NCBI GenBank assembly: GCA_965649825.1
Contig: OZ287695.1
Span: 1,345,081 to 1,409,080 of the forward strand
Reading direction: 5' to 3'
Length of the DNA stretch: 64,000 nucleotides
From: Penicillus capitatus
Lineage: Eukaryota; Plantae; Chlorophyta
The notes below the pieces were generated by a model. That model did no database searches. It was not told the origin of the DNA and saw nothing but the letters and a program-made list of their open reading frames with translations. Shown here in pieces: positions 57,809-64,000 of the stretch; position 1 is the stretch's first letter; each line of letters begins with the position of its first letter. Made by a program: the position numbers and the translations under genes.

Positions 57809-59359
57809 ATGTACGCCAGATGGACGCCAGAGGCCGAACGCTGGCTGATTCCATATTTGGAAGCGACTGAGGATGTAGGACATGATCGTCTCAGGCGACT
57901 TCTTAAGCATGTCGATAATCGCACGTCGGGAGGACATGCCGTCGTCGATATCGTTGCACGTTATCAGACTAAGGGACGGGATGCTATTCTCGCCGATTAT
58001 GCAGACGCCGCAGCTCGGAATGAAGCTGCTAACGTCATCGGACTTAACAACCTGCGCTGGCATCGCATCAAACAGGCTTTGCGAACACTGCATCCGCAAG
58101 AAAATGCCATGGCGCCCGAGACGCAACTATTGACGATGAAGCGACACCCCAAGAACGAAAACCTTCTCGAGTTCGTGATGCGTTATCGACGCTCTGCCGA
58201 TCAGTTCATAACGCAAGGAATGGTGACGAAAGAAAGGTGTTTGCAGATCCTCTTTCAAAAACTGCCGGATGCGTTACAAACCATGATGTCTATCATTCCG
58301 TTCAATACAGCAACCTTGGATACAGTGGAGGACATCGTCCGCAGTAAACTTGACTGGATGGCAATTACGAAACCAGGGGTGTATGTCACGAAAGAACTCG
58401 GCGACTATATGGAAGTGGATGCGGTCGAGCTTCACGCGGCACAGAGTGTCGACGAAGAATGTCACAACATGCGCGAGAAGATCATCTCAGGGTCGGATAT
58501 TCGTTTCGACGCCATCACGAATGCGAACGGCGTTATGATCGCGTGGAAGAAGCTCATGGATCAACCTCGATTCTACCGCGAGGCGGAGCGATTTATGGCT
58601 GCTAGACGAAAGAAATCGCAGACTGGGCAGCGGCCACGTTATATGGCAGTTGCAGAGGATACTTCTGAGGTCGACGAGGATGATTTTACATTCGATGCGG
58701 AAGTCCCCTCAAGAGAACCTCATCGGGACGACACGGCAGGCGATCACGATCGTCTATGCATGATCGATGGAGGATTGGAAGATAAACGTGTCGAGTCGCC
58801 TTTGGTCTGTTCGAGTGTTTACCCTAAGTCGAAGCCTAGTTTGCATCTCGGAGTGGAGCTGAACGGAAAACGAGTTAACGCCTTGATCGACACAGGTGCG
58901 ACCAATTGCTTTGTACAGCTAAGGACACTCGAAGCATTGGGGCTGGAAAAGGACGTGAAATCATGCCAGCGAAGTGTCACTCTCGGCAACGGGACATCTA
59001 CACCTCTTGCGGGAAGGGTAAGCCTGAAAGCAATCGTCGAAGGGGAGGCGTATCCTATCGACGCATTTGTACTCGCCGGCAAAGGGCCAGCTCTCATTCT
59101 GGGCTATCGATTCCTTGAAGAGAACAACCTGATCATCGATTGTCGCGCTAGAAGGCTGTTGAGAGCTCATCAGGCACCGTTGCAGTGCCACCATGGCGAG
59201 CTTGTAAAGAAGCAGCCCGACGAGCGATTAGACAGTGGTCGGAAGGAGATGCAGGATTTGATGACCGAAATACGAGCGCTCACGGTTCAGATCTCCGCCC
59301 TGATAAGTCTGTTGCAAAAAAACGAACAAGCGTCATTGTTGGCTCCAGCTCAACAGTGA
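57809..59359 (+). CDS. Element B ORF1: capsid-like Gag + aspartic protease, no CCHC knuckle seen
   Basis: Helical Gag with MHR-like NENLLEFVMRYRR..ILFQKLP; protease ALIDTGAT..ILGYRFL; an in-frame ATG also at 57791. Confidence 0.88.
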   Translation: MYARWTPEAERWLIPYLEATEDVGHDRLRRLLKHVDNRTSGGHAVVDIVARYQTKGRDAILADYADAAARNEAANVIGLNNLRWHRIKQALRTLHPQENAMAPETQLLTMKRHPKNENLLEFVMRYRRSADQFITQGMVTKERCLQILFQKLPDALQTMMSIIPFNTATLDTVEDIVRSKLDWMAITKPGVYVTKELGDYMEVDAVELHAAQSVDEECHNMREKIISGSDIRFDAITNANGVMIAWKKLMDQPRFYREAERFMAARRKKSQTGQRPRYMAVAEDTSEVDEDDFTFDAEVPSREPHRDDTAGDHDRLCMIDGGLEDKRVESPLVCSSVYPKSKPSLHLGVELNGKRVNALIDTGATNCFVQLRTLEALGLEKDVKSCQRSVTLGNGTSTPLAGRVSLKAIVEGEAYPIDAFVLAGKGPALILGYRFLEENNLIIDCRARRLLRAHQAPLQCHHGELVKKQPDERLDSGRKEMQDLMTEIRALTVQISALISLLQKNEQASLLAPAQQ

Positions 59360-59363
59360 ACGC
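59317..59363 (+). promoter_or_regulatory. -1 programmed ribosomal frameshift signal of element B
   Basis: Slippery A-AAA-AAC (59317-59323), 6-nt spacer, stem GCGTCATTGTTG / CAACAGTGAACGC (59330-59363); ORF2 is in the -1 frame. Confidence 0.85.
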
Positions 59364-62109
59364 TATCCACATGCTGGAAAAGCCACTGTATCTACCATAT
59401 CGGAAGAACGGACGTATCGTAATCCCTTTCAATCGTTCATGTGTGCTTGGACCAGGAGAGAAGCGAAAATTGATTCTGTCACTCTTCTTTCCTCCGGGGA
59501 CGTTGTTGACGGTGGAAGATGGCATCACGGCATCCCAGATGCGATTCTCTCCTCAGACCAATGGGACGCGGGTGTGGGGTATATTGGAGAATTGCAGTTC
59601 TGTGCCTAGGCATATTACCCACCGGATGGTCTTGTGTCTCGTACGCTCGACAGCGACTCACTTGAAAGTCATCGACAAGGGACTGTTGCCGATCGAGGAA
59701 CGGCAAAGACCGGTAGCTTTGAACACAGTGTCGTCATCTGTCGTGCAAGATCTGATCTTAAGTTTCCCAGAACTATGCAAGCCAGGTTTGGGACGATGCA
59801 AAACATACGAGGTGAAGTCCATTCCTTTCAAGTGTCCATTGCCCCGTCAGCAAAAACCATATCAGTCAGCGACAGCACCTCGGGAACAATCTCTGCTGGT
59901 GAAAGAGATCGAGAAGTTGGTCGCATTGGGGGCAGTAACTGAGGTGACAAGCGAGCCTTTTCTGATACCAGTGTTTGCTATTCCTAAGAAGACGGGAGAT
60001 GTCAGACTAGTGTTGGACTTCCGTAAGTTCAATTCCTGCGTAGAGCAACAACCATTCCTTCCAGTTAATCGTGAGCACACGATGGCAACAATTCGACCTT
60101 ATGTGGTGGGATCAGCACTGGACTTATCCAATGCCTATTTTCAGGTGGCCTTGCATCCCTCATTACATCCATACTTCGGGGTCAATGTGTCTGGTCGGTT
60201 CTTTCAGTATAGTCGATTGCCTTTCGGGTATCACAACAGCCCGGCAGAGTTTTTGCGAGCACTTCGTCCTACACTACAGCGCATCCGTCGACGGATTTCC
60301 TCACAGCTATTGGATTACATGGATGATCTCCTTCTTCTGTCACCATCGGAAGAGCAACATAAGTCGGATCTTCGAGTAATGTTCCAGATACTCCAAGAGG
60401 ATGGATGGAGATTGCGACCAGACAAGTGTGTCTTCATGGAGCAAAACTTTCCTTTTTTAGGACATATCGTCACTCCCAATGGCTGGCGGCCGTCACCTGC
60501 GTCGATCGATCGTCTGCAAGCCATTCCGTGTCCATCAACCCGTTCTGGATGGCGTTCCGTGAGAGGGTGGTTTCAGCAGATCGTCAGGTTTCTCTACCGC
60601 GGGGACAATGTCCATGAGGCGCTGCGGAAGGCAGAAGAGACTGGTGCATCTGAAGATTGGCGCCAGTTCGTCCGTGGTCTCGAGACGCATATGATCAGGA
60701 TTATGCATCCACTCGGCGATGATGAGTTCGGCGTTGCAGTAGATGCCAGTGGATCTGGATGGGGAGCGTGTTTGACACAAGGACGAGATATTATCTGCTG
60801 CACATCCGGACTTTGGTCGAAGCGCTACAGCCATCACATGTCAAATAATCTCGAGCTCGAAGCAGTTGTGCGGGCACTGAAACGATTCAGACCTTGGTTG
60901 TTTGCTGCAAAGGTCACTCTGTTTACGGATAATTCGTCGGTGCAGAGTCTGGCCAATTCATCGAATCACAGTGATTTCATCAAGCGACGTCTGGACAAGA
61001 TACTCGACATCTGCCCGAGGGTTCGGTTTCTTCCTGGGAAGACGAACATTCTTCCTGATTTCCTGTCCCGGCAAGCGGAGCTTTTGAAGGCGGAGAAAGG
61101 GGGACAAGCTGCTGTTCTGGCCTCTTCTACAGAGGACGTCTTGCGTGAGGCCCACGCTGCCCATTATGGAACCGAAAAAACGTACCTGCTTGCACGGCAA
61201 ATGGATCCCAGTGTGGACAGACGTCAGGTAGAGGAGTACGTTCGGAAATGTCAATCCTGTCAACAGTTCAAGCGGAAAGCACCATCGGTTCCACTCGGTC
61301 ACCTGCCGGATGCAGAAAAAGTTGGTGAGTTTCTATCCATGGACTTTATCGGTCCTCTTCAAGCTGCTCCATCGGGTGTTCGCTACATTTTTACGTTGGT
61401 CGATTCCTTGTCCCGGCTAGGATTTGCGATGCCATGCACGAAGCCCACGATGGAAAACGCAAAGAAGGGCATCGCCCAGTGGATGGAGGGTCATGGGCAA
61501 CCGAGTCGGATTCTCTCGGATCGAGGAGCCGCGTTTCAGTCAGCCAGATTTCGACAATGGGCTGCTGACAAGGACATCGAGATTGTCCTAACTGCGCCAA
61601 ACGCGCACCATAGCAATGGGTTGTGCGAGAGGTTCCAACAGACCTTGATAAACCGACTTCGGAGGATGATGGTGGATGGACCAAAGAGGCGTTGCTGGAA
61701 AGCGGTTCTTCCAGAGGCGATTCGGCGAATGAATGAGACCCCCCATGGCGTCACTGGGTTCTGTCCGACATATCTGTATTCTGGGACAAACAGGGATGGC
61801 AGCCAAGCATCGCCAGATAGGTTGAACGATGACAGAAAAACGGCCATCAAACGAATGACGGCTCAGAGACAGCAAATGGAGAAGCAAGGACGTAGAGGCA
61901 TTCCGTTCATACCTTCTGTAGGGCAGTTGGTCTGGGTGTACGACTCTGTTCGCATGGCACGGCTCGATGACAAGTTCTCCCCATTTTGGAAAGGACCGTT
62001 TAGAGTAGTCGAAGCTCTCTCAGGACATATCTTCTGGGTGCAGCACGCGCATTCTGGTCAACGGCTGGTTGTTCATGTGGACAACCTTCAGCCGTATTAT
62101 GGCCAATGA
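59317..62109 (+). CDS. Element B pol (RT, RNase H, integrase), entered by -1 frameshift
   Basis: VLDFRKFN, LDLSNAYFQ, LPFGYHNSP, YMDD; VDASGSGWG, ELEAV, TDN; HHCC, MDFIGP, SDRG, NGLCER, GPF. Confidence 0.97.
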   Translation, partial: KKRTSVIVGSSSTVNAIHMLEKPLYLPYRKNGRIVIPFNRSCVLGPGEKRKLILSLFFPPGTLLTVEDGITASQMRFSPQTNGTRVWGILENCSSVPRHITHRMVLCLVRSTATHLKVIDKGLLPIEERQRPVALNTVSSSVVQDLILSFPELCKPGLGRCKTYEVKSIPFKCPLPRQQKPYQSATAPREQSLLVKEIEKLVALGAVTEVTSEPFLIPVFAIPKKTGDVRLVLDFRKFNSCVEQQPFLPVNREHTMATIRPYVVGSALDLSNAYFQVALHPSLHPYFGVNVSGRFFQYSRLPFGYHNSPAEFLRALRPTLQRIRRRISSQLLDYMDDLLLLSPSEEQHKSDLRVMFQILQEDGWRLRPDKCVFMEQNFPFLGHIVTPNGWRPSPASIDRLQAIPCPSTRSGWRSVRGWFQQIVRFLYRGDNVHEALRKAEETGASEDWRQFVRGLETHMIRIMHPLGDDEFGVAVDASGSGWGACLTQGRDIICCTSGLWSKRYSHHMSNNLELEAVVRALKRFRPWLFAAKVTLFTDNSSVQSLANSSNHSDFIKRRLDKILDICPRVRFLPGKTNILPDFLSRQAELLKAEKGGQAAVLASSTEDVLREAHAAHYGTEKTYLLARQMDPSVDRRQVEEYVRKCQSCQQFKRKAPSVPLGHLPDAEKVGEFLSMDFIGPLQAAPSGVRYIFTLVDSLSRLGFAMPCTKPTMENAKKGIAQWMEGHGQPSRILSDRGAAFQSARFRQWAADKDIEIVLTAPNAHHSNGLCERFQQTLINRLRRMMVDGPKRRCWKAVLPEAIRRMNETPHGVTGFCPTYLYSGTNRDGSQASPDRLNDDRKTAIKRMTAQRQQMEKQGRRGIPFIPSVGQLVWVYDSVRMARLDDKFSPFWKGPFRVVEALSGHIFWVQHAHSGQRLVVHVDNLQPYYGQ

Positions 62110-64000
62110 TCTTGTTCAGAGCGTTGACACAGGGCCACACTTGAGTCAGGAGAGATTTGGAGGGTATTGATGCCTTCGTTGAGCTCATTCGAATGAAGAG
62201 GCTGGAAAACGCGAAGTCCCCTTGCAAAAGTCTTGGTGGTACATCTCCACAGGTCTTCGGAGTCTATTGCGCAGGAAAGCGTGTCATGAATGAGGAATTA
62301 GGGGGCGTCAAACCCGAAGCGTCACTTGATGTACTTAACAGTGGTGCCTGTGTCATGTACGTGATTAGTGTGATCTTTTCTGTAACAATTCTGATCGTAA
62401 AAGCGACACTGTAGCACGTTGCCACGATTTAACAACTCGTTTTCCTGCCGGTGAGTCCTGCAAACAAACAGGATTGGTTTTCTCTTGCATGAGCTCAGCC
62501 TCAGCCTATTTCACACCTGTTTCTCAACCGAAAAGCCGAATGAGACACCTTCATCTGCATGCGTGACCACCGTCACTGTCCGAATCATCCTTGTCCTGTG
62601 CCAAGGTTTGCAGCGAATGCATTCGTCTCCCTGACATCCAATTCTGTCCAAAGGATTCCCCCAGTTGGTAAGATCGAATCGGACCGAACACCTCTTCTCC
62701 GACACCGGCCGATTCTGTGACATGTACGTTCGACAAGTGTTCAGAAGAGGGTGGACAGACCTGGAATCGATACACTTCTTTATTGCCGTACCCAGCCAGA
62801 GGTCTCTTGATCGCTGGAGTAGTTCAAAGCCGAAGACAGAATCTAATCTGTTCTATGTTCCTGTCTCGGTCCACGTAGGTCGGTTGACATCCATTGGCTG
62901 CTTCATCATCCAACGACGAGATCATCCAAGAGACAAGGATCCGATCTCGGAATCAACGAAGCTTGGATTGGGCATTGCCTTTCATGAACCGTTTCCTCGT
63001 CCTGCCCATCGAGACATCAACGCGCTCACAGTGCTAAATGGTATCGAATTGAGAACTTACGTCAAGGATGTCCATTGACACCGCAGCCAACACCGTTGAT
63101 GACCTCGTCTTCGCGGAGTGGATGGGACATGATCTTCGACGAAGAATCCTCACTGGAGAAACCTTCCAACTCCGAGAGATAATTCGATGCTTCTTCAGGC
63201 AGATGATCGCTGCTTCTTTGTTCCAAGTTACGTTTCTTCAAAGCAATAAAGATCGACCTTGCCAAAACAGTAGCACTATGCAGCTTACCAGGAAAGTCTA
63301 GACGACGAAGGACTGCACCAGATGTCGGATGCTGAATGATTGATCATGTGTCGTCACTGTTCAAGGCCCCTTCGATCATGAACCTTCGAGTTTCGGGACC
63401 ATCTCCAATGTCAATGTCCGTGTCCAGAGCAGACTTCGCATCTGATTTCCACAGAGGACCAGGAGAACGGATGATGAGACATGCTTGGTCGGGCAGCTTC
63501 CTCTTCACAGGGATGATTTCCCAGTCGACAGTCTTCTCCAAAAACAGCGACTTCCTTCGTCAAATCAGGCTGGAAAGTGTGACTGGGGTACTGAAATCCG
63601 GCACTGGAAGAAACATCAGCGGAGGCGCTTCAGATTGAAGTGCCAACGGATATTGCAGTGCCGTCATGCAGGAAGTGTGTCATACTCCGTTCGACAGTCC
63701 TTTGTGACACTCCTGCCAGCCAACTGCCTCTTGACCAGATTCCACCGGCTGTAAGCGTCATGTTCAGTCTCCTCGGGTACCTTGTACTCTGTCGAACGAT
63801 GTCGATGATTCGCTGATCTCCCTTCTTCTGAAATCGCCTCTCTAAGGCTGATTGACTATCCAGATGTCTTCGTACGATCTGCCATTCAATGTAGATGTTC
63901 AGCTAGCAATGGATAATAGAACTGTACCTTACTGTAATGATTGTTTTTGCTGCCATGCGGATTCCTATCTTATGCATGACTGGTCCTTCTCATGACTGTC

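Larger units (their letters stand above)
57665..62408 (+). mobile_element. Ty3/Gypsy LTR retrotransposon B, full length (4744 bp), very recent
   Basis: Identical 127-bp TG..CA LTRs (57665-57791, 62282-62408); 4-bp TSD CTGT; PBS 57792-57803; PR-RT-RH-IN; ORFs intact. Confidence 0.97.

Overview
Eukaryotic nuclear DNA from a chlorophyte green alga (inferred from plastid-pathway genes CYP97C, FabZ, ClpR, PSA3-like and NADK2-like; standard genetic code; mostly 40-60 nt introns). It has two domains. (1) 1 to ~35.1 kb is extremely gene-dense: 21 intron-containing housekeeping, plastid and signalling genes, several same-strand neighbours only 2-38 nt apart. (2) ~35.5-64 kb is repeat-rich. It holds a ~125-bp satellite split by a ~4-kb insertion (7-bp direct repeat) carrying intron-containing host gene fragments (GPI8, NAGLU, RCC1, SAP-like), several minisatellites, a TATA-preceded Pro-rich gene with a long hairpin in its intron, and two inverted-repeat modules whose loops look like nested introns. 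It also holds two intact, very young Ty3/Gypsy LTR retrotransposons (identical LTRs, TSDs). Both share a non-canonical PBS, a Gag-protease / -1 frameshift / Pol layout and a possible dUTPase-like relic. The most striking feature is the minus-strand element: its ORF1 has a signal peptide, coiled coils and hydrophobic membrane segments ahead of zinc knuckles and protease, and no recognisable capsid domain. All protein calls are by motif recognition, not database search. Exon boundaries were traced by eye and are approximate unless stated.
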